Of a stretch of 64,000 bases of DNA, positions 28,092-38,266 are shown in pieces. The DNA is from an uncultured Chromatiales bacterium (lineage in GTDB: Bacteria > Pseudomonadota > Gammaproteobacteria > Steroidobacterales > BM003). The first letter of the stretch is position 1, and each line of letters begins with the position of its first letter. Position numbers and translations under genes: made by a program. Location: positions 409 to 64,408 of the forward strand of contig CAKZML010000081.1 in assembly GCA_937128475.1 (NCBI GenBank). The letters run 5' to 3'. Below the pieces are notes generated by a model. That model made no database searches, had not been told where the DNA came from, and saw nothing but the letters and a program-made list of their open reading frames with translations.

Positions 28092-28919
28092 ATGGCAGTT
28101 TTTGCGATCGGAGACATCCAGGGCTGCTATCAGGAATTTCGTTCTCTGTTACGCAAGATGAAGTTTCGCGATGATTGCGACACTCTCTGGATAACCGGAG
28201 ACCTGGTAAATCGCGGTCACGATTCCCTGAGCACCCTGCGCTATGTATCGGCCATGGGTCCCTCGGCCATCACGGTACTGGGCAACCACGATCTGCACCT
28301 GCTGGCCATGGCCGCAGGACTGCGCTCTGCCGGCAAGGGCGAAAAGGATCTTCGCAAGGTACTCAAGGCGAAGGACTGCGATGTACTCATGGAATGGCTG
28401 CGCAGACGCCCCCTGATCCACCATGACGAGGAACTGGGTTACACCCTGGTCCACGCCGGCCTGTCTCCCGCATGGACAATCAAGAAGGCCCTGAAACAGG
28501 CAGGCAAGGTTGAGAAAGTCCTGACCAGCGACAAGATCAACCGGCTTCTGAAAAAGATGTACGGAAATAAGCCGGACCAGTGGAGCGCCGAACTGGGCAA
28601 GACAGATCGCTGGCGATACACCATAAACAGCTGCACACGAATGCGGTTTTGCTACGCAGATGGCAGCCTGGACCTTGAGCAAAAAGGTCCTCCCGATGCT
28701 GGCGGCCCCGGCCTCAAGCCATGGTTTGACGTTACCCGGCCACACCAGGGATTACGCATCGTATTTGGTCATTGGTCAGCACTGGGCTTGTTCATCAGGC
28801 CGGATGTAATCAGCCTGGACAGCGGATGCGTGTGGGGACGAAGCCTGAGCGGGGTTCGCCTGGAACCCGAGGGTGTGGTGCAGCAGTGGAGCGCACCCTG
28901 TGCCGGAGTTTCCAGCTAG
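28092..28919 (+). CDS. apaH: Bis(5'-nucleosyl)-tetraphosphatase, symmetrical
   Basis: 275 aa with metallophosphatase motifs: IGDIQGC, GDLVNRG, GNHD. Confidence 0.9.
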   Translation: MAVFAIGDIQGCYQEFRSLLRKMKFRDDCDTLWITGDLVNRGHDSLSTLRYVSAMGPSAITVLGNHDLHLLAMAAGLRSAGKGEKDLRKVLKAKDCDVLMEWLRRRPLIHHDEELGYTLVHAGLSPAWTIKKALKQAGKVEKVLTSDKINRLLKKMYGNKPDQWSAELGKTDRWRYTINSCTRMRFCYADGSLDLEQKGPPDAGGPGLKPWFDVTRPHQGLRIVFGHWSALGLFIRPDVISLDSGCVWGRSLSGVRLEPEGVVQQWSAPCAGVSS

Positions 28920-28923
28920 CCTC

Positions 28924-28952
28924 GAGTTGGAGAATCCCAACTCCTCCGTTTT
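28924..28952 (+). terminator. Weak hairpin (GAGTTGG-N6-CCAACTC) followed by CTCCGTTTT between convergent apaH and folA
   Basis: 7-bp stem read directly, with a short interrupted T-run. It may serve both convergent genes. Confidence 0.35.
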
Positions 28953-28956
28953 GCTA

Positions 28957-29448
28957 TCAGGGATTCAGGCGTTCAAGGGTGACGAAAGAATAATCCAGGC
29001 GGTTACGCTCATCAGCAGCATGACGCTCCCGAGTGACTTCCTTCCAGCTCGAGGTATCCAGTTCCGGGAACCAGGTATCACCCTCGATGTCAGCATGTAC
29101 CTCGGTGAGGTAGATCCTGTCGGCCCGTTCCAGCAAGGTCTCGTACAAGGCGCCACCACCAATAATCATCACCTCTTCGGCATCCCCGGCCGCCGCCATG
29201 GCCTGGTCCAGGTCGAGGCATATATCACAGCCCGGCGCCTGGAAATTCGAATCACGGGTGAGCACGATATTCTGCCTGCCAGGCAGTGGCCGGCCGATGG
29301 ATTCATAGGTCTTGCGCCCCATGATGATGGGCTTGCCAAGAGTGAGCCGTTTGAAATGGGCAAGATCGGCGGGCAGACGCCAGGGCAAGTCGTTATCACG
29401 ACCGATAACACGGTTTTCCGACATGGCGACGACCAGGCTGACTAACAC
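28957..29448 (-). CDS. folA: Dihydrofolate reductase
   Basis: 163 aa, with VAMSENRVIGRDNDLPWRLPADLAHFKRLTLGKPIIMGRKTYESIG. Confidence 0.92.
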   Translation of the reverse strand: MLVSLVVAMSENRVIGRDNDLPWRLPADLAHFKRLTLGKPIIMGRKTYESIGRPLPGRQNIVLTRDSNFQAPGCDICLDLDQAMAAAGDAEEVMIIGGGALYETLLERADRIYLTEVHADIEGDTWFPELDTSSWKEVTRERHAADERNRLDYSFVTLERLNP

Positions 29449-29478
29449 GTTGCTACCTCTTTGAGAGCGCGTCGCGGT

Positions 29479-30273
29479 CTAGACCGCGACCGGCGCCTTG
29501 ATGTGCGGATGATGCTCGTATCCAACTATCTCGAAATCCTCTGGCTGGTAACTGAACAGGTCTTTCGGCTTGCGCTTGATGTTCAGTTTCGGCAAGGGAT
29601 GGGGATCACGGCTTAACTGCAAATCAGTCTGCTCAAGGTGATTGGAGTAGAGGTGACAATCACCGCCGGTCCAGATGAATTCACCAGGTTCCAGGTTGGT
29701 CTGCTGGGCCACCATGTGGGTCAACAGGGCGTAGGAGGCAATGTTGAACGGCACACCCAGGAATATGTCGCAGCTGCGCTGATACAACTGGCAGGAAAGC
29801 TTGCCGTCTGCCACGAAGAACTGGAAAAACGCATGACACGGCTCCAGGGCCATGTGCTCCAGGTCACCCACGTTCCAGGCACTGACGATCATGCGCCGGG
29901 AATCCGGGGTGGTTCGAATCTGTTCCAGCACCTTGGAAATCTGGTCGATATGACGCCCATCGGAAGCCTTCCAGAATCGCCACTGGTGACCGTAGACCGG
30001 ACCCAGGTCGCCATTCTCATCGGCCCACTCGTCCCAGATCGAGCATCCGTTGTCGTTCAGGTACTTGATGTTGGTGTCGCCGTTCAGGAACCACAGCAAC
30101 TCAACAATGATGGACCGGGTGTGCAGTTTCTTGGTGCTGACCATGGGAAAACCCTGGGACAGGTCAAAGCGCATCTGGTGACCAAACACACTCAGGGTCC
30201 CGGTTCCGGTACGGTCTTCTTTTTTTGCGCCGTGCTCACGCACGTGACGCATAAGATCAAGATACTGCTTCAC
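29479..30273 (-). CDS. thyA: Thymidylate synthase (ThyA type)
   Basis: 264 aa, with [11 protein letters not shown]...DRTGTGT and [12 protein letters not shown]. Confidence 0.95.
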   Translation of the reverse strand: MKQYLDLMRHVREHGAKKEDRTGTGTLSVFGHQMRFDLSQGFPMVSTKKLHTRSIIVELLWFLNGDTNIKYLNDNGCSIWDEWADENGDLGPVYGHQWRFWKASDGRHIDQISKVLEQIRTTPDSRRMIVSAWNVGDLEHMALEPCHAFFQFFVADGKLSCQLYQRSCDIFLGVPFNIASYALLTHMVAQQTNLEPGEFIWTGGDCHLYSNHLEQTDLQLSRDPHPLPKLNIKRKPKDLFSYQPEDFEIVGYEHHPHIKAPVAV

Positions 30274-31061
30274 GCCTTTACCTCTTTGGAGTCATCACGA
30301 AGATTTGCTGCAACAATCAATCCCGCTCCCAGTAGTACCAGGGGCAGCGACAATACCTGTCCCATGGTCAGCCATTCCCATGCCAGGTAGCCAATGTGGG
30401 CATCCGGCAGTCGCACGAATTCCACCGCGAAACGGAATGAACCGTACATCAGACAGAACAATCCGGAGATCAGCATGGTGGGCCGGGGTTTTGACGACAG
30501 CCAGTACAGCACCACGAACATCACCACGCCTTCGAGCAGGCATTCGTATAACTGTGAAGCATGACGCACCTGGCCATTGACCAGGAAGCCCAGCGGAGAA
30601 TCCGTCACCTTGCCCCACAACTCACCGTTGATGAAGTTGCCGATGCGTCCGGTGCCCAGGCCGATAGGCACCACCGGTGCGACCACGTCCGCCACCTGGA
30701 AAAACCCTTTTCCATTCTTGCGACCGAACCAGAACATGGCGATGATCACGCCCAGCAGGCCGCCGTGGAAGGACATGCCGCCCTTCCATATCATGAAGAT
30801 ACTGATCGGGTCCGCCAGCCAGGAATCCAGGTCGTAGAACAACTTCGAACCCAGTCGCCCGCCCACGATGATGCCGATCACCGAGACAAACACCAGGTCG
30901 TCAATTTGCTGTGAACTCCAGCCAGATCCGGTCTTCGCAGCCCGCCGGCGCAGCAAAAACCAGGCCGCCGAGATACCCACCAGGTACATCAGTCCGTACC
31001 AGCGGATTTGCAGCGGCCCCAGGGTCAGGAATACGGGATCGATTTCCGGGTATACAAACAT
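30270..31061 (-). CDS. lgt: Phosphatidylglycerol-prolipoprotein diacylglyceryl transferase
   Basis: 263-aa membrane protein with IRWYGLMY and [13 protein letters not shown]. lgt-thyA is coupled by a 4-nt overlap. Confidence 0.92.
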   Translation of the reverse strand: MFVYPEIDPVFLTLGPLQIRWYGLMYLVGISAAWFLLRRRAAKTGSGWSSQQIDDLVFVSVIGIIVGGRLGSKLFYDLDSWLADPISIFMIWKGGMSFHGGLLGVIIAMFWFGRKNGKGFFQVADVVAPVVPIGLGTGRIGNFINGELWGKVTDSPLGFLVNGQVRHASQLYECLLEGVVMFVVLYWLSSKPRPTMLISGLFCLMYGSFRFAVEFVRLPDAHIGYLAWEWLTMGQVLSLPLVLLGAGLIVAANLRDDSKEVKA

Positions 31062-31118
31062 GTCTTATGCCTTCACAACTGGCGCCAGTTTACCACGCTG
31101 ATTTGCCTGCCCTCTCCG

Positions 31119-32312
31119 CTATCGCTCGCGGGGAAGGACCCGGAATACCATGGATTTAAGGTAGGCGGTTTCGGGAATCGCCGGGTGTACCGGATGGTCC
31201 GGTCCCTGCCCACCAATCTCAAGCAACTGTCCGCGCTGGTCGGTGCGTCGCAGGCTCTTGACCACCACCTTGCGAAGATCTTCCTGGGACAAGTGGAAGG
31301 AACATGAACAGGTCACCAGGATACCGCCCGGCTTGAGCAATTTCAGACCCATCTGGTTGATCCGCTCATAGGCGGTCAGACCGGCTTTCTGGTCCTTGCG
31401 CTTCTTGATGAATGCGGGGGGATCCAGCACTACCACGTCAAAACGCTCACCGGCTGTCTCCAGGTCACGCAGGGCGTCAAAGGCATCCTTCACCAGCACA
31501 TCACATTCCACACCATTGAGGGCAGCATTTTCGCGTATCCACTCGCCGGCCCTGGCCGAGGAATCCACGCAAGTCACACTGGCTGCACCGGCCTTGGCCG
31601 CGCGCACACCCCAGGCGCCCAGATAACTGAATACATCCAGCACCCGGCCACCCTTCACGTATTTCAGGAAGCTGTCGCGATTCTTGCTCTGGTCGTAGAA
31701 ATAGCCGGTCTTCTGGCCGTCTTTCAGCGGCACCTTGAAGCGGCAATCTCCTTCCAGGGCCTCACCAAACTCCGGCACCTCGCCATCGGCGACCTTGACG
31801 TACTGCTCCAGGCCTTCGAGTTCCCGGGTGGAGGTATCGTTGCGCAACAAGATTCCCTTGGGAGACAGCAGGTCCTTCAGACCCTGCATGACCAGGGGCC
31901 AAAGCGCTTCCATACCGGCCGTGGTGAGCTGGACGACCAACTGGTCACCGTAGCGATCCACCACCAGTCCGGGCAGGCTGTCGGCCTCGCCAAATACCAG
32001 CCGGTAATGGGGCGTCGGGTAAAGACGCTCGCGCAACTCCAGGGCCTCTTCCAGGCGAGCACGGATCCATTCCGCATCCGGCATGGTCTTGGCGCGGGAT
32101 AACACCCGGGCGCAGATCAGGCTGGCGGGATTCACGTAACCCCAACCCAGGAAACCGCTACGGCAGTCCTCGATCCGCACCATGGAGCCCGGCTGCATGC
32201 CCTTGATTGGCGTTACCGCCACGTTGACCTCGTTGTTGAACACCCAAACGTGTCCGGCGCGCAGGCGCCTGTCTTCCTGGGGCCGCAGACGCAGGAGGTT
32301 TTCAGTTGTCAT
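31119..32312 (-). CDS. rlmI: Class I SAM-dependent rRNA (cytosine-C5) methyltransferase, RlmI-like (PUA + MTase)
   Basis: 397 aa with an N-terminal PUA-like region (RLRAGHVWVF) and an MTase core (VLDVFSYLGAWG, VVLDPPAF). Confidence 0.78.
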   Translation of the reverse strand: MTTENLLRLRPQEDRRLRAGHVWVFNNEVNVAVTPIKGMQPGSMVRIEDCRSGFLGWGYVNPASLICARVLSRAKTMPDAEWIRARLEEALELRERLYPTPHYRLVFGEADSLPGLVVDRYGDQLVVQLTTAGMEALWPLVMQGLKDLLSPKGILLRNDTSTRELEGLEQYVKVADGEVPEFGEALEGDCRFKVPLKDGQKTGYFYDQSKNRDSFLKYVKGGRVLDVFSYLGAWGVRAAKAGAASVTCVDSSARAGEWIRENAALNGVECDVLVKDAFDALRDLETAGERFDVVVLDPPAFIKKRKDQKAGLTAYERINQMGLKLLKPGGILVTCSCSFHLSQEDLRKVVVKSLRRTDQRGQLLEIGGQGPDHPVHPAIPETAYLKSMVFRVLPRER

Positions 32313-32425
32313 GACTGGAAATCCATTCAGTTAGATAAAGGCACATTCTACAATGCTTGCGCCGCCTTCGGGCGGCCAGTGTGAATTCAAGTATAGTTAG
32401 CCTTCAAAAATTCCCCGGAGATCCC

Positions 32426-34489
32426 ATGGCAGCGGCACCCAATCGACTGGCCGGTGAGACCAGCCCCTACCTCAAGCAGCACGAGAATAACCCTGTGGAT
32501 TGGTATCCCTGGGGCGAGGAAGCGCTGGAACTGGCCCGACGAGAGAACAAGCCGATCCTGCTGTCGGTGGGCTATTCAGCCTGCCACTGGTGCCACGTGA
32601 TGGCCCATGAATCCTTTGAGGACGAGGACACCGCCGCGCTGATGAACCGGCTGTTCGTGAATATCAAGGTGGACCGGGAAGAAAGGCCGGACCTGGACAA
32701 GATTTACCAGACCGCCCACCAGATCATCACCCAGCGCGCCGGGGGCTGGCCCCTGACCATGTTCTTGTCCCCCGAAGACCAGACCCCGTTTTTCGGCGGC
32801 ACCTATTTCCCGCCGGAACCGCGTTATGGCATGCCCGGCTTCCAGGACATCCTGAACCGGGTACACCAGTACTACACAGAACAAGGGGATGAAATTTCCC
32901 GCCAGACCGAGTCCTTGCGGGACGTATTTACCCGCCTCAATCCAGAGAAACCCGACCAGGTGGAACTGACAGACGAGCCCATAAGCATGGCCCGCACCGT
33001 GCTTGAGGAGCAGTTCGACAGCAAATACGGCGGCTTCGGCGATGCGCCCAAGTTCCCTCACTCCCCGGGCATCGAACGCCTGTTACGCCATTGGCGGGAA
33101 AGCGCCCACGGCGAGGAACCCGATGTACAGGCCTTGTACATGGCGGCCATGACCCTGCAACGAATGATCCAGGGCGGTGTCTTCGACCAGGTAGGCGGTG
33201 GTTTCTATCGTTACTCGGTTGACGACTTCTGGATGATTCCCCACTTCGAGAAAATGCTTTACGACAACGGGCCACTGCTGGCCCTGTGCGCCCAGCTCTG
33301 GCTTGCCACCGGTGACGAGGTATTCCACCGGGCGGCCAATTCAACTGCGGACTGGGTGCTGGCCGAGATGCAGTCCCCGGAAGGCGCCTACTACGCCACC
33401 CTGGATGCGGACAGCGAAGGCGAGGAAGGCAAGTTTTACGTGTGGACCCCGGAGCAGGTGAAAGACTTGCTGGACGAGGAACAATACCCGCTGTTTTGCG
33501 CGGTGTACGGCCTGGACCGGGAAGCGAACTTCGAGGGTGCCTGGCACTTGCACACCTTCCGGGATCCGGAGGAAGTGGCAAAGGAACTGGGCGCCACCGA
33601 ACCTCATGCCCAGCATTTGCTGGCCCAGGCTCGCAAGCGCCTGCTGGACCACCGGGAAAAACGAATCCGCCCCGCCAGGGACGAGAAAATCCTTACCGCC
33701 TGGAACGGCATGATGATTCGCGGCATGGCCATCGCATCACGCAGCCTGGGCCGCCCGGAACTGGCCGAGTCGGCACGCAACGCCGCCGATTTTATTCATG
33801 AACACATGTGGCAGGACGGTCGCCTGCTTGCCAGCTACAAAGATGGCAAGGCGCGTTTCAGCGGTTACCTGGACGACTATGTCTTCCTGGCCGAAGGACT
33901 GCTGGAGTTGCTGCAGTGTGAATGGCGCAGCGATTACCTGGCCTGGACCACTGAACTGGCGGACTGCCTGCTGGCCCATTTCGAAGACCCGGAGGCCGGC
34001 GGATTTTTCTTTACCGCCGATGACCAGGAACAATTGATTCATCGCCCCAAGAGCCTGAGCGACGACGCCACGCCCTCGGGCAACGGAGTGGCCGCCAGCG
34101 TCCTTCGCAGGCTGGGACTGCTACTGGGCGAGCCTCGCTACCTTGAGGCTGCCGATCGCGCCCTGGAGGCGGCCTGGCCGGCGATACAGCGCTATCCCTA
34201 TGCTCATTGCAGTCTGCTCCAGGCGCTGGAGGACACGGTACTGCCGGTGGAAACACTGATCATTCGTGGCGAGGGAGAAGCCCTGGAGGACTGGCGGGAA
34301 ACCACCCAGTCCATCTACGCCCCCAGGCGCATGGTATTCGCGATTCCTTCCGATGCGGAGGACCTCCCCGAGGGCATCAGGGGCAAGGCAGCGAAGAAAG
34401 AGACCGTGGCCTACCAGTGCGTGGGCATGCAGTGTTCCGCGCCCCTGGAGAGCATCCAGGCACTGCTGAGCACTATTGCCGGGCGCTAG
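32426..34489 (+). CDS. Thioredoxin-domain/DUF255 protein (YyaL / SSP411-like, N-terminal Trx-like domain plus six-hairpin glycosidase-like domain)
   Basis: Trimmed to ATG 32426 (GGAG upstream). [59 protein letters not shown] is the DUF255 signature. Confidence 0.8.
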   Translation: MAAAPNRLAGETSPYLKQHENNPVDWYPWGEEALELARRENKPILLSVGYSACHWCHVMAHESFEDEDTAALMNRLFVNIKVDREERPDLDKIYQTAHQIITQRAGGWPLTMFLSPEDQTPFFGGTYFPPEPRYGMPGFQDILNRVHQYYTEQGDEISRQTESLRDVFTRLNPEKPDQVELTDEPISMARTVLEEQFDSKYGGFGDAPKFPHSPGIERLLRHWRESAHGEEPDVQALYMAAMTLQRMIQGGVFDQVGGGFYRYSVDDFWMIPHFEKMLYDNGPLLALCAQLWLATGDEVFHRAANSTADWVLAEMQSPEGAYYATLDADSEGEEGKFYVWTPEQVKDLLDEEQYPLFCAVYGLDREANFEGAWHLHTFRDPEEVAKELGATEPHAQHLLAQARKRLLDHREKRIRPARDEKILTAWNGMMIRGMAIASRSLGRPELAESARNAADFIHEHMWQDGRLLASYKDGKARFSGYLDDYVFLAEGLLELLQCEWRSDYLAWTTELADCLLAHFEDPEAGGFFFTADDQEQLIHRPKSLSDDATPSGNGVAASVLRRLGLLLGEPRYLEAADRALEAAWPAIQRYPYAHCSLLQALEDTVLPVETLIIRGEGEALEDWRETTQSIYAPRRMVFAIPSDAEDLPEGIRGKAAKKETVAYQCVGMQCSAPLESIQALLSTIAGR

Positions 34490-34851
34490 CCCTGCTCGTC
34501 GCCCCGGTAATCAACACCAGAGTTACAGGTCTCGCGGATCGAGATCCTGCTTAGCAGCGGGAGCTCGGGCTTGAGCCTGGCCCATATCCAGCGCGCCATG
34601 TTCTCGGAGGTCGGATTTTCCAGCCCCGGCAACTCATTCAGATAATTATGGTCCATCTGGGCATACAAGGGCTCAAAGGCCGCCTTCAGGTCGGCAAAAT
34701 CCATCACCCAGCCCAGCTCCGGGTCCAGGGGGCCGCTGACGTAAATATCGACTTCAAAGGAATGGCCATGCAGCCGGGCGCACTTGTGGCCCTCGGGTAC
34801 ATTGGGCAGCCGGTGGGCGGCCTCGATATGAAAGCGCTTGTATATATCCAT
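34486..34851 (-). CDS. queD: 6-carboxy-5,6,7,8-tetrahydropterin synthase
   Basis: 121 aa, with [26 protein letters not shown]. Confidence 0.9.
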   Translation of the reverse strand: MDIYKRFHIEAAHRLPNVPEGHKCARLHGHSFEVDIYVSGPLDPELGWVMDFADLKAAFEPLYAQMDHNYLNELPGLENPTSENMARWIWARLKPELPLLSRISIRETCNSGVDYRGDEQG

Positions 34852-34939
34852 AACGGTGAAACTGGTTCAGAAAAACGGGGCGCCATTCTACCAGAGCATG
34901 ACGGGGCCGCGTCAGGCCCGGGCGCATGATCGGCAAGCC

Positions 34940-35602
34940 TCAGAGCATCTCCAGCAATTGCTCCGGGTGTGAAATCACGCTCAAGGCGCCACCGGCGAGT
35001 AATTCCTCGTGTGACCGAAACCCCCAGCTGACCCCCACCGGATAGCAACCGGCAGCCACCGCGGTTTGCATATCGATGGCCGTGTCACCCAGGTACAAAA
35101 CCTGCCAGGGCTTTACCTTGAGCCCCTCCAGTACCTCCAGCAGGCCTGAAGGGTCTGGCTTCCGGGGTCGGCCTTCCTGCGCACCCAGCACCATTTCAAA
35201 GCGCCATTGCGCTAACAACTGCTCGACACACAGGGTGGTAAAGCCGTGGGGTTTATTACTCAGCACCGCGGTGGGGAGTTTCATCCCCTCCAGGGCATTC
35301 AGCAGTTCGGGAATCCCCCGGTAAGGTCGGGTGCGCTGATTCCAGCACTGGCCATAATGGTGCTCCAGGCGCTGTACCGCCTGGGCCAGGTTATGGCGAC
35401 CTGCGCTTTCCCGGCGTACCGCCCTTTCCAGCAGGCTCAGGACGCCCTCGCCCACCAACTCCCGGTAGGCCTGCAATTCCAGTTCAGGCTCCCCCAGTTC
35501 GGCAAGCGTGGCATTGGCCGCGGTGGCGATGTCTTCCAGGGTATCCAGCAGGGTTCCATCCAGATCGAATACCACCGCCCGATATTTTCCTGTGTTTTCC
35601 AT
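34940..35602 (-). CDS. HAD-superfamily hydrolase (phosphoglycolate phosphatase-like)
   Basis: HAD motif I (VVFDLDGTLLDT), motif II (VLSNK) and motif IV (YLGDTAIDM). The start was trimmed to MENTGKYRAVVFDLDG (35602). The track start at 35668 would add 22 atypical residues. Confidence 0.75.
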   Translation of the reverse strand: MENTGKYRAVVFDLDGTLLDTLEDIATAANATLAELGEPELELQAYRELVGEGVLSLLERAVRRESAGRHNLAQAVQRLEHHYGQCWNQRTRPYRGIPELLNALEGMKLPTAVLSNKPHGFTTLCVEQLLAQWRFEMVLGAQEGRPRKPDPSGLLEVLEGLKVKPWQVLYLGDTAIDMQTAVAAGCYPVGVSWGFRSHEELLAGGALSVISHPEQLLEML

Positions 35603-35694
35603 CTCCACCCTGGTGGCCTCCTGAAAATGATGCCTTGCAGCACAATCGGGATCATGATACCAATTCAATCCACGTCCGAAAATTTGATGAGACC

Positions 35695-35766
35695 ATGACC
35701 CAGGAAATTAAGACCCACAACCTGCGCCGACGCAACCTGCCAAAGGACGGCTGGGCTGTGTGTTGA
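35695..35766 (+). CDS. Hypothetical 23-codon ORF MTQEIKTHNLRRRNLPKDGWAVC (candidate arg-operon leader peptide)
   Basis: ATG 35695 to TGA 35764-35766. Three tandem Arg codons (CGC CGA CGC) lie at 35725-35733. The Shine-Dalgarno is poor (GAGA 2 nt upstream). A strong terminator follows 31 nt later, and the arg operon is downstream. Coding status is unproven. Confidence 0.25.
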   Translation: MTQEIKTHNLRRRNLPKDGWAVC

Positions 35767-35797
35767 TCTAGGAAAGGACGAACAAGATTGCACCAGG

Positions 35798-35824
35798 AAC
35801 CCGGCCCCAGGCCGGGTTTTTTTG
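35798..35824 (+). terminator. Rho-independent terminator (AACCCGGCC-CCA-GGCCGGGTT followed by a T run)
   Basis: GC-rich stem of 7-9 bp (35798-35818). The uninterrupted T run (35817-35823) supplies the last two stem pairs and the tail. It reads as a terminator on the + strand only, and no annotated + strand gene lies upstream of it. Confidence 0.7.
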
Positions 35825-35828
35825 TTTG

Positions 35829-35989
35829 AGGAACCTCTGATTAATTCTGGACGAAGTAGATTGTAGGCGAAAAGATTCAGATTCAAGGCGCCAATCGCAC
35901 GGAATAGCCAGCTATTGCGAAGATTGGCAACACAGAAGCTGGATTTTTTAGCCCCAAGAGTCGAGTTCATGAATAAATCAGAGGCTCCT
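35829..35989 (+). mobile_element. MITE/ERIC-like non-autonomous repeat, full copy A (161 bp, imperfect palindrome with about 19-bp terminal inverted repeats)
   Basis: Left end AGGAACCTCTGATTAATTC, right end GAATAAATCAGAGGCTCCT (mutual reverse complements). It looks about 85-90% identical by eye to the reverse complement of 58452-58614. There is a central hairpin GCCAATCGCA...TGCGAAGATTGGC. No credible ORF. Confidence 0.8.
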
Positions 35990-36020
35990 TAAGGGATATA
36001 CAAAAAGTTTGGAGTCACCC

Positions 36021-37034
36021 ATGTCACCGAGGCATTTTCTGACCACTGAAGAATGGACAAGGCAAGAACTGCAGTTGGTGCTTGATCGCGCCCGCGCCTT
36101 TAAACAAGGCTCCGACTCCTCCCGATCCATGCAGGGCAAGAGCATCGCCCTGCTGTTTTTCAATCCTTCGCTGCGCACTCGCACCTCGTTTGAGCTGGGG
36201 GCATTTCAGATGGGTGGGCACGCGGTGGTACTGCAACCGGGCAAGGACGCCTGGCCAATGGAATTCGAACTGGGCACCACCATGGATGGAGAGGCCGAGG
36301 AGCATGTAAAAGAAGCCGCCCAGGTACTTTCCCGCTATTGCGACCTGATAGCGGTGCGCGCGTTTCCCAAGTTCACAGACTGGGAGCAAGACCGGCAGGA
36401 CAAGACCCTGATGGCATTTTCCCAATACGCCACGGTGCCGGTAATCAATATGGAAACCATCATCCATCCCTGCCAGGAACTGGCCTTGATGATGAACCTC
36501 CAGGAAAAGCTAGGGCAGCCCGACAAGAAAAAATTCCTGCTGACCTGGACCTGGCATCCCAAGCCGCTAAATACTGCTGTCGCCAATTCGGCCCTGTTGA
36601 TCGCCTCAAAATTTGGCATGGACGTAACCCTGCTGTGTCCCAGCCCCGAGTACCTGCTGGATGAACGTTTCATGCAGGCAGGCGCGGAGAACGCGAAGCG
36701 CGAAGGCGGATCCCTGACGGTCACCCATGACATCCAGGAGGCGTACAGTGGCGCCGACTTTGTTTACGCCAAGAGCTGGGGAGCGCTGCCCTACTTCGGT
36801 CGCTGGGAGGAAGAGACGGGCATCCGCATGGCCAGCCGGCACTTCATGGTGGACGCACAGAAAATGGCCCTGACCAACTCGGCGAAGTTCAGTCACTGCC
36901 TGCCCCTGCGGCGTAACGTGAAAGCCACTGACGAGGTGATGGATGCGGACTACTGCGTGGCCATCGACGAGGCGGAAAACCGCCTGCATGTGCAAAAGGC
37001 CATGATGGCCACGCTGCTGGAAAACCAACAATGA
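36021..37034 (+). CDS. argF': N-acetylornithine carbamoyltransferase (AOTCase; N-succinyl-ornithine specificity not excluded)
   Basis: Start ATG 36021 with GGAG 7 nt upstream; the track start at 36009 is a [16 protein letters not shown], the long insert [23 protein letters not shown] and [10 protein letters not shown] resemble the Xanthomonas/Bacteroides acyl-ornithine transcarbamylases rather than classical OTC. It is clustered with argE and argA/B. Confidence 0.82.
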   Translation: MSPRHFLTTEEWTRQELQLVLDRARAFKQGSDSSRSMQGKSIALLFFNPSLRTRTSFELGAFQMGGHAVVLQPGKDAWPMEFELGTTMDGEAEEHVKEAAQVLSRYCDLIAVRAFPKFTDWEQDRQDKTLMAFSQYATVPVINMETIIHPCQELALMMNLQEKLGQPDKKKFLLTWTWHPKPLNTAVANSALLIASKFGMDVTLLCPSPEYLLDERFMQAGAENAKREGGSLTVTHDIQEAYSGADFVYAKSWGALPYFGRWEEETGIRMASRHFMVDAQKMALTNSAKFSHCLPLRRNVKATDEVMDADYCVAIDEAENRLHVQKAMMATLLENQQ

Positions 37035-37051
37035 GCAAGAGGAACCCCCCC

Positions 37052-38266
37052 ATGTCTGACAAGAATATCGTGCTGGCGTTTTCCGGCGGTCTTGATACCA
37101 GCTTCTGCGTTCCATGGCTAAAGGAACAGGGCTACCAGGTGATCACGGCATTCGTGGATACCGGTGGTGTCAGCGCGGAGGAACGAGAGTACATCGGCCA
37201 CAGGGCCATGGAGTTGGGCGCTGCCGAGCACGTGGTAATCGACGCCGGAGACGAGGTCTGGCAGGAAGTGGTGGTCCCCATGCTGTGGGGTGGCCAGTGG
37301 TACCAGTACCAGTACCCGCTGCTATGTTCCGACCGCTACGTGATCGTGAAAAAATGCCTGGAGCTGGCACAGCAAAAAGGCACTCGAAATTTTGCCCACG
37401 GTTGTACCGGCATGGGTAACGACCAGGTGCGTTTCGACCTGACCGTACGCGCCCTGGGCGACTTCAACATCGTGGCGCCTATCCGGGCAATCCAGCAGGC
37501 CGGTCGCGCAGTGCGGGATTATGAAATGCAGTACCTGCGGGAGCACGGTTTCGAGGTGCGCCAGAAAACTGCCACGTACACCATGAACGAGAACCTGCTC
37601 GGGGTGACCATCTCGGGCTCTGAAATCGATCGTTGGGAAAGCCCGGGACCAGATACCTGGTATTTGTGCAGCCCACCGGCCAAGTGGCCCGGCGAGGCCC
37701 TGCGCAGCACCATCGAATTCCGGCGTGGCGTTGCGGTTGCCCTGGATGGCGAGCCCTGCCAGGGACCGGAAATACTGGCCCGACTGAACAAGGCATACGG
37801 CGCCTATGGGGTGGGACGAGGCATGTATACCGGCGATACCACGGTGGGACTCAAAGGGCGCATCGTGTACGAGGCACCGGCCCTGCACGCGCTGCAAATT
37901 GCCCACCGGGCCCTGGAAGAGGCAGTCAGCACCCGTCACCAGAACGGGTTCAAACCCCAGGTCGCCGCCAAGTGGGTGGAACTGGTTTACCAGGGCTTTT
38001 TCTACGAACCCCTAAAGCATGACCTGGAGGCCTACCTGGAATCTTCCCAGTACGTGGTCAACGGCGAGGTCACCATCGAAACCCAGGGCGGCAACGTCTA
38101 TCCGGTGGCAGTGGACTCTCCGCACATTCTCAACTCGGCCGGCGCCGTCTATGCCCAGAGCGCCGACTGGAGCGTGGAAGAGGCGGAAGGATTCATCAAG
38201 CTGTTTGGCCAGAGCTCGTCCCTGTGGACCCAGGTCAACGGTGGCCCGCGGGGAGACAACAGCTGA
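37052..38266 (+). CDS. argG: Argininosuccinate synthase
   Basis: [17 protein letters not shown]... (AGAGGA 7 nt upstream of ATG 37052; an alternative ATG at 37031 overlaps the argF' stop). Confidence 0.92.
   Translation: MSDKNIVLAFSGGLDTSFCVPWLKEQGYQVITAFVDTGGVSAEEREYIGHRAMELGAAEHVVIDAGDEVWQEVVVPMLWGGQWYQYQYPLLCSDRYVIVKKCLELAQQKGTRNFAHGCTGMGNDQVRFDLTVRALGDFNIVAPIRAIQQAGRAVRDYEMQYLREHGFEVRQKTATYTMNENLLGVTISGSEIDRWESPGPDTWYLCSPPAKWPGEALRSTIEFRRGVAVALDGEPCQGPEILARLNKAYGAYGVGRGMYTGDTTVGLKGRIVYEAPALHALQIAHRALEEAVSTRHQNGFKPQVAAKWVELVYQGFFYEPLKHDLEAYLESSQYVVNGEVTIETQGGNVYPVAVDSPHILNSAGAVYAQSADWSVEEAEGFIKLFGQSSSLWTQVNGGPRGDNS

Noticed and set aside
34486-34489. Convergent yyaL-like and queD stop codons sharing the palindrome CTAG
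   Set aside because: The 4-nt overlap is real but trivial, and nothing suggests a regulatory role.
35665-36184. Track ORFs 35665-35970 (minus strand, 101 aa) and 35978-36184 (minus strand, 68 aa)
   Set aside because: The first runs through the terminator and the MITE copy, and part of its sequence recurs in ORF 58466-58669 only because the repeat recurs. The second is antisense to the argF' start. Neither has a Shine-Dalgarno or any motif.
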